From positions 96,001 to 160,000 of the forward strand of contig JBCCHT010000001.1 in the NCBI GenBank assembly GCA_039028615.1: a stretch of 64,000 nt of DNA. Direction: 5' to 3'. This DNA is from Myxococcota bacterium (lineage in GTDB: Bacteria > Myxococcota_A > Polyangia > Nannocystales > Nannocystaceae). The notes beneath the pieces are model-generated. The model saw nothing but the letters and a program-made list of their open reading frames with translations, was not told the origin of the DNA and made no database searches. Position numbers and translations under genes: made by a program. Positions 41,044 through 50,965 of this stretch are shown here, in pieces; the stretch's first letter is position 1; every line of letters starts with the position of its first letter.

Positions 41044-41679
41044 TCAGCTCGGGCGGTCGCCTTCGACGAGGCGGTCGCGGAGGGACTGGGCCCAGTTCTC
41101 GATGTCGCCAGCCGTGGTCTCGCGGAGGGCGGCGGGGAACTCTTCGGCCTTCAGGATCCACTCGCGCACCATCTTGCGGGCGCGGCTGAGGCGGCTCTTG
41201 ACGGTACCGGGGGGTACGCCGATGACGACGGCGATGTCGTCGATGCGCATCTCTTCCCAGTAGTGCAGCTCGACGGCGATCTGGAGGTCGATGGGGATGT
41301 GCCGAAGCGCGGTGAGGACCAGCTTCTGCTCGTCCTTGCCCGCGACGGCGAGGGAGGGCGAGCCCATGACGTCGGCGATGGAGGTCTCGAGCTGATCGAC
41401 CTTCTTGCCCTTGCGCGCATACTTGCGCAGGTGCATGAGCAGCTGGGTCCGCGCGATGGCCAGCAGGTAGGTCTTGAAGCTCGAGTCGCCGCGAAAGCGG
41501 TGGGCGCTCTCGGAGCAGGCGAGCATGGTCTGCTGCACCAGGTCCTCGGCGCCGTGGCTCACCTTGCTGCGAAAGAACCGAAAGAGCGTCCGAAAATGAC
41601 GGCGGAGTAGGCGGGAGCCGGCGGTGTTGTCCCCCGCCCGCCACGCCTCCAGAAGCTCGAGATCTTCGTCCTTGGCCAC
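41044..41679 (-). CDS. ECF sigma factor
   Basis: AEDLVQQTML, FRGDSSFKTYLLAIAR, GVPPGTVKSRLSRAR. Confidence 0.93.
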   Translation of the reverse strand: MAKDEDLELLEAWRAGDNTAGSRLLRRHFRTLFRFFRSKVSHGAEDLVQQTMLACSESAHRFRGDSSFKTYLLAIARTQLLMHLRKYARKGKKVDQLETSIADVMGSPSLAVAGKDEQKLVLTALRHIPIDLQIAVELHYWEEMRIDDIAVVIGVPPGTVKSRLSRARKMVREWILKAEEFPAALRETTAGDIENWAQSLRDRLVEGDRPS

Positions 41680-41736
41680 GGTTGTACGGCACCGTAGCAA
41701 GGGACGGCCGCGCGCCGCAAAGGCGCGGTGACGCCC

Positions 41737-44700
41737 TCAGCCCGGCCCGGGGCGGTGATCGAGGCACAGCAGGCTGCGATCATGGCCGGCGACGAAGACC
41801 TCGAGCTGGCCGTCACCGTCGACATCGGCCACCGCGGGCGAGGCTTCGACCTCCTCGCGCCCGGTGCTGAAGCGCCACACCAGCGCTCCGGTGCGAGCGT
41901 CGACCACATGCACCGAGCCATCGTCGAAGCCGGCGAGAAACTCGAGCCCGCCGTCCCCCTCGAGGTCGGCGAGCACGGGCGAACCCGAGGCGCCCGGCTG
42001 GAGCCCGTCGCCGTCGGCGAACCGGTACTGCCACCGCAGGCGACCGTCGCCCGAAAGCCCGACCAGCCCGTTGTGGCCCGTGCTCGCGAACACCTCGGGC
42101 ACCCCGTCGCCGTCCACGTCGGCGGCGAGAGGCCGGGCCCGACGCGACGCCATCCCCGGCCAGCGCGCGACTTCGTGGCCATCGACTCCGGACAGCACCA
42201 CCAAGGGGTGATCGTCCTGGTGGGGGGAGACCAGGATCTCGAGGTGCCCGTCGCCATCGAGATCGGCGGAGGTCGGCTCGAAATTGAGCCGGCCCCCGGT
42301 CTGCGTCTCCCAGCGCCGGACCCCGTCGTGGGTGAGCGCCACGACGTGACCGTCGAGCAACGCCACGACGATCTCGTTGGCGCCGTCTCCATCGAGGTCA
42401 CGCACATGGGCCGCGCCGAACGAGCCGAAGCGTCCGAGTTCATGGGTCCACCGCAGCTCGAGTGACTCCGCATCGAGCACGTGCACCATCCCCGGGTCCT
42501 CCCAGGTGACCATGATGACCTCGTGGTGTCCGTCCCCGTCGAGGTCGGCGATGGTCGGGCTCGCATAGGCCGAGGTCGTCCGATACTCGCCGGTCAAGCT
42601 CGCGTCCCGACCGTGGAAGCGGGAGAGCCCGCGACCGACGACATAGAGCTGAGGACCGTCGGAGCCGGACAGCATCACGGGTGGCCGGATCACGTTGGGC
42701 GTGTCGTCGGCCAGGCTCTCCGCCTCCACCGATCCGGTACGGGCATCGAGTAGCTCGATCCGGGTGCGGTCCCCTAGCGGCCCGACCACAGCGACCTCGA
42801 GCCGACCGTCTTCGTCGAAGTCCCCCGTCAACGGCGTCGCCCGGATCGAGTCGAGCGGTCGACGCTCCCAGCGAACCTTGGGTCCCACCATCACCGCGGG
42901 TCCTCGCGCCCGGAGCAGCAAGTCTTCGAAACCGTCGTGGTTGGCGTCTCGGCTCGCTTCAATGGACCTCGCCGGCACCCCGATGGGCACGGTGCCCATC
43001 GACTTCAAGCTCGGATCGAAGACTCGCACGAGGCCGTCTTCGGTGCCGACCATCAGGTCATCCCGAGCGTCACCATCCCAGTCGGTGACCTCCAGCGCCG
43101 AGACGACTCGCGAGGGGAGCGTCACCCGAGCGGACTCTCGCCCGGTGGCCGCATCCAGCAACATGAGCGTCTCTTCGCGCCGATGCGCCACCGCGGGACG
43201 GGCCAGGCTCCCCAACAGCTGCGCATGGGTCCCCACTCTCGCGGGCTCCTTCCACAGCGCCTTGCCGCTGCGCCCGGAGATCAGGTTGAGCCCCGGCTCG
43301 CCTTCGAGCCCCGACACCAGCACATCGACCGTGCCGTCACCGTCGACATCCCCCAGGTCCCGATCTCGCTTGAGCGCGACGTCACTGCCGATCTTCGCCT
43401 GCCACTGCACCTCGCCGGAGCGCCCCGACAACGCGACGAGGCTCGCGCCCTCGCCATCCGTCCTCAGCAACAAGTCCTGCCCCGGTTGGTCGTCGAGCTC
43501 CAGCGCGGCCAGCCGGGAGATGCGACTGTCTCGATTGCGCTGCGTCTGCACGATCCACTCTGGATCGACGCCGCCATCGGGGGTCCGTGCCGCGACCGCC
43601 AGCGGCCGAGTCCACCGCGTCGACCCATCGTCGGTGTCGAAACTCGTGACATGGTCGACCGACACGACCGCCACCGCGGGCGAAGACTCCGGGTCGGACG
43701 TCACGACGAGCACGACGGGGTCTTCAGGCAAGACCTGGGACCAATGGCGCGCGCCCGTTTGGCCATCGAAACGCGCGAGCTGCCGGGGCGCCAGGCCTCC
43801 CACCACCAGATCCTGGCCCCCTTCCGCGTCGACGCACGCCAGCTCGAACGCAAAGGGCCGCTCGACCTCGGCATCGACCGGCACGTCCACCGTCCAGCGC
43901 GGCTTCGGCCGACGCGAGCTCGTGGTGGAATCGAACGCACGAAACTCGAGCACCTCTTCCCGAGGTTTCGCGGTCACGACATCGGGCACACCGTCGCCCT
44001 CGAGATCACAGAGCCGAAAGTAGGGGCTCGGGCCCAGCTCAATCCGCCAGTTTTCTTCATCGGACCACGGGTCGTACGCGGTCAAGACGGTGAAGCGCCG
44101 CTGAAGCAGGTCGTCGAGTCCGTCGCCGTTCACATCGCCCAGCCACCATGAACCCAAAAACGCCCCGGTCGCCGGCCGTGACCACGAAAGCGCCTTGCGC
44201 AGGGCGACGAAGCCCCGCTGGGTCTGCCCCGCCGTCGCGGTCCATTGCAACCGCTGGTCGACATACCCCTCGTGCCGCAGCAACAGCTCGTGCGGCCCGG
44301 TGTCGATCTTCAGTCCTCGTAGGCGTGATCCGTAGTCGGTGCCGTCGATGAACACGTGGCCGCCGCTGGGCTCGAGCTCCAGCTCGAAGGTGCCTTGCTG
44401 GTGATCGAGCTCGACCGCGACCTCGTGCATCCCACCGCGACGCACGTCGACCACCGTCTCCGCCGTGTCGTAGTCGGGCGCGCTCACCCGAACCCGATGC
44501 AGACCCGCCGCGACCTCGCCCTGCGCTCCCGGCAGCGGCTGTTCGTCGATCTCCACCTGCACCCCGGGCACGGGCTGCCCCTGCGCACTGGCGACCACCC
44601 GGACCTGCCCCGGCCGCGTGCCCACGTACCCGGCGTAGGCGATCGCAGCCACGCCCAACCCCACCGCGGCCCGGCTGCTCCAGCGCTTCACTCGGCGGAC

Positions 44701-45801
44701 CGGATCCGCCCGCAGCGCTTGCAGCAACGCCGCCATATTGGCGAAGCGTTGGCGCGGATCGGGCTCCAGCCCTCGCAACACGACGCGGTGGACCCACGCG
44801 GGAACCCGCACCTTCTCCGGCGGCGTACGGATCTGGCCCCGCGTCTTGCTGACGAAGAGCGTCTCGATGCTCCGTCCCTCGAAGGCGTGCACGCCGTACA
44901 GCGCTCGATAGAGCGAGGCACAAAACGCGAACTGATCCGCCTCTTGGTCGGCCGGATCGCCGCGGTGCTGCTCGGGAGCCATGTACGCGGGCGTCCCCAA
45001 GATCACGCCCGTACGGGTGAGCTTGTCCAGCGCGACCGACTTGACGGAGGGCTCCGGCTCGCTTCCTTCGTCGACGGGCATCGGCGTTCCCTCCCCCGTC
45101 CGCGACCCGGTGATCGAGCCGCCGTAGGTCAGCGCCAGACCGAAGTCGACGACCTTGACCCGACCGTCGTCACCGAGCAGCACGTTGGCGGGCTTGAAGT
45201 CGCGGTGGATGAGGCCCGCCCGGTGAGCCGCGTCGAGCCCCTCACCCGCCTCGAGAAAGACCTCGACCACCTCCCGCCACGACCGCGGACCACGGCCGAG
45301 CCACGACGCCAGGTCGCTGCCCTCGACCAGCTCCATGACGATGAACACGCCGGTCTCGTCCGAGTCCTCGGGCGGAGCCATGGGCTCGAGAGGCCCGGAC
45401 AGCTCGCTCGCCGAATAGGTCCCCACGTCGTAGACCCCGATGACGTTGGCGTGCGAAAGCCGGGCGATCGACTGGGCCTCGCGCACGAAACGAGCGCGTG
45501 CCCGCGCCACCGCGTCGACGTCCTTGCTGCCCGAGCGCAGCACCTTGACCGCCACCCGACGCGCCAGCTCCGGGTCGTAGCCGTCGTAGACCACCCCGGT
45601 GCCACCCGAGCCCAAGGGGCGCAGCAGCAGGTAGCGCGAAATTTTCAGGGGCTCGCGTGCGCGCGCGAACATGTTGCGCTCGATTCGACCGAGCGCGCGC
45701 TCCTCTTCGACCGCATCCCAGCCCAGCGCCCCGTCGATGGCGTGGCCCAGCGTATCGACTGTCTGGATGGTCCCGTCGGGATCCGGCGTCGGCGTCTCCA
45801 A
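41737..45801 (-). CDS. Ser/Thr kinase with TM, PEGA and FG-GAP/PQQ-like beta-propeller repeats
   Basis: GSGGTG, VAVK, HRDFKPAN, DFG, GTPAYMAPE; TM; PEGA-like repeats; many DxDGDG motifs. Confidence 0.93.
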   Translation of the reverse strand: METPTPDPDGTIQTVDTLGHAIDGALGWDAVEEERALGRIERNMFARAREPLKISRYLLLRPLGSGGTGVVYDGYDPELARRVAVKVLRSGSKDVDAVARARARFVREAQSIARLSHANVIGVYDVGTYSASELSGPLEPMAPPEDSDETGVFIVMELVEGSDLASWLGRGPRSWREVVEVFLEAGEGLDAAHRAGLIHRDFKPANVLLGDDGRVKVVDFGLALTYGGSITGSRTGEGTPMPVDEGSEPEPSVKSVALDKLTRTGVILGTPAYMAPEQHRGDPADQEADQFAFCASLYRALYGVHAFEGRSIETLFVSKTRGQIRTPPEKVRVPAWVHRVVLRGLEPDPRQRFANMAALLQALRADPVRRVKRWSSRAAVGLGVAAIAYAGYVGTRPGQVRVVASAQGQPVPGVQVEIDEQPLPGAQGEVAAGLHRVRVSAPDYDTAETVVDVRRGGMHEVAVELDHQQGTFELELEPSGGHVFIDGTDYGSRLRGLKIDTGPHELLLRHEGYVDQRLQWTATAGQTQRGFVALRKALSWSRPATGAFLGSWWLGDVNGDGLDDLLQRRFTVLTAYDPWSDEENWRIELGPSPYFRLCDLEGDGVPDVVTAKPREEVLEFRAFDSTTSSRRPKPRWTVDVPVDAEVERPFAFELACVDAEGGQDLVVGGLAPRQLARFDGQTGARHWSQVLPEDPVVLVVTSDPESSPAVAVVSVDHVTSFDTDDGSTRWTRPLAVAARTPDGGVDPEWIVQTQRNRDSRISRLAALELDDQPGQDLLLRTDGEGASLVALSGRSGEVQWQAKIGSDVALKRDRDLGDVDGDGTVDVLVSGLEGEPGLNLISGRSGKALWKEPARVGTHAQLLGSLARPAVAHRREETLMLLDAATGRESARVTLPSRVVSALEVTDWDGDARDDLMVGTEDGLVRVFDPSLKSMGTVPIGVPARSIEASRDANHDGFEDLLLRARGPAVMVGPKVRWERRPLDSIRATPLTGDFDEDGRLEVAVVGPLGDRTRIELLDARTGSVEAESLADDTPNVIRPPVMLSGSDGPQLYVVGRGLSRFHGRDASLTGEYRTTSAYASPTIADLDGDGHHEVIMVTWEDPGMVHVLDAESLELRWTHELGRFGSFGAAHVRDLDGDGANEIVVALLDGHVVALTHDGVRRWETQTGGRLNFEPTSADLDGDGHLEILVSPHQDDHPLVVLSGVDGHEVARWPGMASRRARPLAADVDGDGVPEVFASTGHNGLVGLSGDGRLRWQYRFADGDGLQPGASGSPVLADLEGDGGLEFLAGFDDGSVHVVDARTGALVWRFSTGREEVEASPAVADVDGDGQLEVFVAGHDRSLLCLDHRPGPG

Positions 45802-45866
45802 CCGCGATTGACCCTCCCCCCGGGTATATCACGCGAATCGCGACGACCCGGCGTATGCTGCAGCAG

Positions 45867-46976
45867 ATGGTCCCAGAGCTGGACGCGGTCGTGGTGGGGG
45901 CCGGAGTGATCGGCCTGGCGATCGCGCGCGCCCTGGCCTGCGCGGGTCGGGAGGTGGTCGTCATCGAGCGCGAGCGGGCGATCGCCCAGCATGCCTCGTC
46001 TCGCAACAGCGAGGTGCTCCACGCCGGGATCTACTACCCGCCGTCGAGTCTCAAAGCGCGGCTTTGCGTGCAGGGACGGCGTGCCCTCGTGCAGTACTGC
46101 CGCGAGCGCGACGTGGACTTCCGCCTGCTCGGCAAGCTCATCGTCGCGGCCCGACCCGACCAGCGAGCCACGCTCGAGCAGCTCCACCAACGAGCCCAGA
46201 ACAACGGCGTCCACGACCTGCGCATGCTCAGCGGGCCCGAAGTCGTCGCCATGGAACCGGCGCTGCGCGTCGATGCCGGGTTGTGGTCGCCGGGGACGGG
46301 GATCATCGACAGCCATCGATTGATGCAAGCGCTGTGGGCCGACGCCGAGGAGCGCGGGGCCTCGCTGGCGCTCGATACCGAGGTGGTCTCCGTACGACCT
46401 CGCGACGGGCACCTCGAGCTCCGAGCCGGCGACCTCGACACGACCTGTGCGACGCTGGTCAATGCGGCGGGCTTGGGGGCCCGGGCTCTAGCCTCCCGCA
46501 TCGAAGGATTGGCCGCCGACCACGTGCCCCCGTTGCATCTGCTCAAGGGCAACTACTTCAGCCTCGACCGACCCGCTCCCTTTTCGCACCTCGTCTACCC
46601 CGTGCCCGATGCCGCGACGCTCGGGGTCCACGTGACGCTCGACCTCGGGGGCGGGGTGCGCTTCGGGCCCGACCAGCAGTGGATCGATCGCATCGACTAC
46701 GAAGTCGACCCCGCGCGCGCCGAGGGTTTCGCGACCGCCATCGCGGCCTACTACCCCGAGATTCGGGTCGAGGATCTGGCGCCCGCCTACGCGGGGATTC
46801 GGGCCAAGATCCAGGGACCCGGCGAACCTCCGACCGACTTCGTGATCCAAGGACCGCAAGTCCACGGGATCGATGGGGTCTGCAATCTGTTCGGCATCGA
46901 GAGCCCGGGACTCACCGCCTCGCTCGCCATCGCGGACGAAGTCCTCGCCCACCTCGGGATTCCCGCCGCTGCCTGA
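45867..46976 (+). CDS. FAD-dependent oxidoreductase, L-2-hydroxyglutarate oxidase-like
   Basis: VVGAGVIG, SSRNSEVLHAGIYY, GIESPGLTASLAIA. Confidence 0.9.
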   Translation: MVPELDAVVVGAGVIGLAIARALACAGREVVVIERERAIAQHASSRNSEVLHAGIYYPPSSLKARLCVQGRRALVQYCRERDVDFRLLGKLIVAARPDQRATLEQLHQRAQNNGVHDLRMLSGPEVVAMEPALRVDAGLWSPGTGIIDSHRLMQALWADAEERGASLALDTEVVSVRPRDGHLELRAGDLDTTCATLVNAAGLGARALASRIEGLAADHVPPLHLLKGNYFSLDRPAPFSHLVYPVPDAATLGVHVTLDLGGGVRFGPDQQWIDRIDYEVDPARAEGFATAIAAYYPEIRVEDLAPAYAGIRAKIQGPGEPPTDFVIQGPQVHGIDGVCNLFGIESPGLTASLAIADEVLAHLGIPAAA

Positions 46977-47379
46977 GCCTCGACCGAAGACACAATGAGA
47001 GGCCAAGAACACCGTTACTGACGTGAAATATTTGACACGTCGTACTAAAACGAAACGGCGTATCAGAGCGACGAACCTCGTCTTCCCGAACTCGAATCGT
47101 CACCACCGCCCAGCGTCTGGCGTGGACATCCGGTGTCGCGCCCAAGACGTGGTCTGGCTCTGTGAAACCCCATCGTCAGACCAACCCGATGAGCGTCGTG
47201 CACCTCCGCCTTCCGCCGCCGCGCCGGCCCGCCCCCGAGCGCGGGCACCTCGATCCCGAGACCGCCATGGCCGCGCTGTGCCGCGGTTCCGCCATGAACA
47301 CCAACACCTCCGAGCATTGGGACTCCTGGAAGGCCATCGCCATCGCCCCCCGCACGTGGGCCCTGGTAGAACGGTTTCG

Positions 47380-47859
47380 ATGCCGCTCTACGCCGTCGCG
47401 ATCGCGCTGACCATCGTCGCCAACATCGGCTACCACCTGTGCCAAAAGGGTATCCGCCCCGAGGCCAGCCCCATCGCCACCGTGATGGCCACGTATATGG
47501 TCGCGCTCGCTCTGTCGGCCCTGATGTGGCCATGGCTCGGGCACTCCGATGGCCTCGTCGCCTCGTTCCGTCGCCTGGGCCCGGCCAGCTATGCGCTGGG
47601 TGGCTGCGTGGTCCTGCTCGAGATCGGCTTCCTCCTCGCCTACCGCAGCGGCTGGGACCTCGGCGTCGCGGCGCTGTACTCCAACGCCGCGACCGCGATC
47701 GTGCTGCTTCCGATCGGCTTGCTCGCCTTCTCCGAGGGCATCGACGGCCGCAAGGCGCTGGGCTTGGTGTTCGCGTTCGTGGGCCTGGTGTTGCTCAGCG
47801 GGGGCGGCGGGGAAAAGCCGAAGGATAGCGACGCACCCGCGGCCGAATCTTCGAGCTAG
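47380..47859 (+). CDS. EamA/DMT-family small membrane transporter
   Basis: 5 TM segments; YHLCQK, LEIGFLLAYRSGW. Confidence 0.8.
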   Translation: MPLYAVAIALTIVANIGYHLCQKGIRPEASPIATVMATYMVALALSALMWPWLGHSDGLVASFRRLGPASYALGGCVVLLEIGFLLAYRSGWDLGVAALYSNAATAIVLLPIGLLAFSEGIDGRKALGLVFAFVGLVLLSGGGGEKPKDSDAPAAESSS

Positions 47860-50720
47860 CCCCGCGCCTGACGGTGCGCCGCGACGGTATTCATGCGGCG
47901 GACCTCGCCCGCGTCCCAGGCCGAGATCGCGGCGCGGCCGAACGTCGACTCGCTCCCACGCAAGTACTCGAGCGCGGGCTCGGCCCGGACCCGGGCGTCG
48001 TCGTGGCGACCGACGGCCCGTAGCGCATGCGCGTGCGTGAGTTCGAGAACCCGGCGCACGAGCTCGCCGTGGCGCTGGGAGTCGGCGAATGTCGATGCGT
48101 CCGCCAGCACCTCCAGCGCCTGCTCGGGCTCCCCCTTCGCCAGCCAGACCCGGGCCTCGAAGTCCAAAAAGAGCATGACCATGAAGTGCTCGGGCGCGTA
48201 GCTGCGCTGGATCTCGGTGGCCGCCGACGCGCGGTCGAGGGCGTCGTCCAACCGCCCCTCGATCAGCGCGAGCTCTCCCTCGAACCGGGTGACCGCGGCC
48301 AGATCGGGCGTTCCGTCGGGGTGAAGCGCTTGCATGATCCGACGCGCATCGGCCAGGTTGTCGCGCGCTCCGTCGAGGTTGCCCGTGTACAGATCGAGCT
48401 GGGCGAGCAGCGCCTTGGCATTGCCCACGGGCACGCTCACCATTCCCCGAGAGTCCCGCCACGCTGCGATTGCACGCCGCACCAAGCCCTGCGCGGTCTC
48501 GAAGTCACCGTCCCCTTTTTCGAGGGTGGCGAGGTTGTAGTAGCGCGGCGCCAGCTCGGGGTGCGACTCGCCGAGGATCTCGGCCGACAGCGCGATGCTC
48601 TGGCGCAGCAGCGGCTTGGCGCGCCCTCGCTCGCCGTCGTTGATGTAGGTGACGGCCAAGTCGTTGAGGATGACCGCGAGGCGCACGCGGGACCGAGTGT
48701 CGTCGCCCGAGAGCCGCTCGCGGGCCTGCTCGAGAGCAGCGAGCGCTTCGTCGTAGCGACCTTGTCGGTGGAAGATGCCCGCCCGAGTCTGGAGAACCGA
48801 GACCTCGAGCTCGATATCGTCGGGAGCCCGGCCCAGGGCTCCGGTTGCGACCCGAGCCCATACTTCACCCGCTTCGTAGCGATCGAGATGGTACCCGAAG
48901 ACATCGGCGAGCGCGTTGGCGACCGTCCCGGCGAGCGCCACGTCATCGACCAACGTGGCCCGTTCGTAGGCATCGTGCAGGTGCCGTTGGGCGTCCTCGA
49001 AGCGGCCAAGTCGAACCTCGGCCCGCGCCAGCTCGTAGGCAACCTCGGCCACGAACGCATCGGGAGCCCCCGACGCGTCGACGAGCAGCTGCTCCAGCCG
49101 AACGCGCGCCCGCTCGTAGTTCCCGATCTCGATCGCGGTCGTGGCCCGCGCCAGCGCCTCCGTCAACGCTTCGTTCGCCGCTGGCGGGACCTCGAGTTCG
49201 GTGCCCGTACCGTAGTGCATGCACTCGACCAACGGAGGCAACGAAACGGCCGCCTTGGTTGCCGACTCCACCGTGGCCCGGTCGGCGTTCTCCAGCGTAT
49301 CCACCAACGACTCGAGGCTGGCGAGCCCTCGCTGCAAGCAGGCGACGCGTCGGTGTTCCTCGCGGTCGTCGATCTCTTCGCGAACCCGGCACAACAACGA
49401 GGCCCCCTGCTCCCAGCGCGTAGCGTAGTCGCTGAGCACCGCCCCCGTTCGCGAAGCGGCCGAATGCGCGAAGCCCAGTCCGCTGTCGTCGAAGGCGCGG
49501 GTCATCGTTTCGAGGCGACCCGAGTTCCACACCGACTGGACTTGCTGGGCTCGGATCTCGCAGGGTTCCTCCGTCTGGGACCCGGCCATCAGCGCCACCG
49601 CCAGTCCCATCGCTCCGAAGCCGCTGGGGATCCAGCGCTGCCATCGTCGGCTCGACTTGGGCTCGAACGCGGCCACCACCTCTGCCATCGACTCCGGCCG
49701 CGCGTGAGGATCGGGGGCAACGCCGCGCGCGAGCACGCGACGCAGCCGGCTGGGGGCCGAGCGCAGCAGCCCGGCGATTTCGGCCTCGAAGCGAGCGGAG
49801 CCTCGCCGGTCGTTGTCGCGAGTGAAGACGCGCTCGCCCGAGATGATCTCGATGGCAGTCACACAAAACGCATGGATGTCGCTGCGAACCGACGCGGGAC
49901 TCCCCTCGAGCTGCTCGGGCGCCATATACGAGGGCGTGCCCGCGACCGTGGGCGCCTGGGAGTTCGAGCAATCGTCCATCGGTGCCGCCAGCCCGAAGTC
50001 GGCCAAGCGAGCCTGGTTTCCACGGTCGACGAGGATGTTGCCCGGCTTGATGTCGCCGTGGATGATCCCGACCTCGTGGGCGGCTTCGAGCCCCAACGCC
50101 GCCCCATGCAACAGCTGCAGCTTGGTCGGCAGCGGCGCGGCGCGATGGCGGGCCATCCAGTCGTGCAGGTTGGCGCCGTCCACCTGCTCCATGACGATGA
50201 AGACCTCGTCGTCGTGCTCGCCGATCTCGAACACCCGGACGATGTTGGGGTGGGAGATCCGAGCCAAGGTGCGCGCCTCGGACTGCAGCGCCGCCGCCCC
50301 GCCCCGGATGAGCGTGCTCCGACAACCCACCGCAGAGCCGATGGAGAGCACTTTGAGCGCCACCGTCCGCCCGAGCTTGGGGTCCTTGGCCTCGTAGACC
50401 GCTCCCACCCCGCCCTGCCCGAGCTTCCGCTCGAGCACGAAGCGCCCCACCGTCGTACGCTCGCCGTCGCCGAGACCGAGTCGGGCGCTGATCCGTTGGG
50501 ACAGCAGGCGATCGGCGCGGTCCTGCTGGGGCGGGCGACCGACGACCAGCAGCTGGGACAAGGGCAGGCCGAAGAGCGCGCTTTCCTGCGCTCGTTCGCT
50601 GCCCTGGAAGGTATCGAGCTGGATCGGCGCGGACAGTTCCCGCGTGGACGCCTCGTCGTCGCCATCGCGCAGCGACAAGGGGGCGAAGGGCGTCGCCGCC
50701 CTCGGCGTACAACTCGACAC
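47856..50720 (-). CDS. Ser/Thr kinase with TM and TPR repeats
   Basis: GQGGVG, VALK, HGDIKPGN, DFG, GTPSYMAPE; TPRs such as LGESHPELAPRYYNLA. Confidence 0.92.
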   Translation of the reverse strand: MSSCTPRAATPFAPLSLRDGDDEASTRELSAPIQLDTFQGSERAQESALFGLPLSQLLVVGRPPQQDRADRLLSQRISARLGLGDGERTTVGRFVLERKLGQGGVGAVYEAKDPKLGRTVALKVLSIGSAVGCRSTLIRGGAAALQSEARTLARISHPNIVRVFEIGEHDDEVFIVMEQVDGANLHDWMARHRAAPLPTKLQLLHGAALGLEAAHEVGIIHGDIKPGNILVDRGNQARLADFGLAAPMDDCSNSQAPTVAGTPSYMAPEQLEGSPASVRSDIHAFCVTAIEIISGERVFTRDNDRRGSARFEAEIAGLLRSAPSRLRRVLARGVAPDPHARPESMAEVVAAFEPKSSRRWQRWIPSGFGAMGLAVALMAGSQTEEPCEIRAQQVQSVWNSGRLETMTRAFDDSGLGFAHSAASRTGAVLSDYATRWEQGASLLCRVREEIDDREEHRRVACLQRGLASLESLVDTLENADRATVESATKAAVSLPPLVECMHYGTGTELEVPPAANEALTEALARATTAIEIGNYERARVRLEQLLVDASGAPDAFVAEVAYELARAEVRLGRFEDAQRHLHDAYERATLVDDVALAGTVANALADVFGYHLDRYEAGEVWARVATGALGRAPDDIELEVSVLQTRAGIFHRQGRYDEALAALEQARERLSGDDTRSRVRLAVILNDLAVTYINDGERGRAKPLLRQSIALSAEILGESHPELAPRYYNLATLEKGDGDFETAQGLVRRAIAAWRDSRGMVSVPVGNAKALLAQLDLYTGNLDGARDNLADARRIMQALHPDGTPDLAAVTRFEGELALIEGRLDDALDRASAATEIQRSYAPEHFMVMLFLDFEARVWLAKGEPEQALEVLADASTFADSQRHGELVRRVLELTHAHALRAVGRHDDARVRAEPALEYLRGSESTFGRAAISAWDAGEVRRMNTVAAHRQARG

Positions 50721-50965
50721 GTCGGGCGTACGCCGGCGACGCCGAGTCGATTACAAAGAAAATCGTGTCGGGCGACCGAGTGCCGCATTGACCAACGCCC
50801 GGCACCGATGACTGCGTGCGGCACCCGCCCGCCGTCGTGAGCACGCCGCGACCCGGCCCACGGCAGCGCGGCGTCGCCCCGGCGGTGCCCTAGCCCGGCG
50901 CTGAGCGCCAAACAGGGTCTAACGCTTGAATTTGCCACGCAGAGGCATTGAACTCGGCCACCGTG

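Noticed and set aside
41737..44200. DNA-level tandem repeat or array
   Set aside because: Recurrent gacggcgacggc-like words simply encode DxDGDG propeller motifs
48027..50840. 937-aa plus-strand ORF and similar long antisense ORFs (5824-7803, 11570-13543, 32241-34370, 54351-56729)
   Set aside because: Shadow frames of real genes on the opposite strand, expected in high-GC DNA; no motifs
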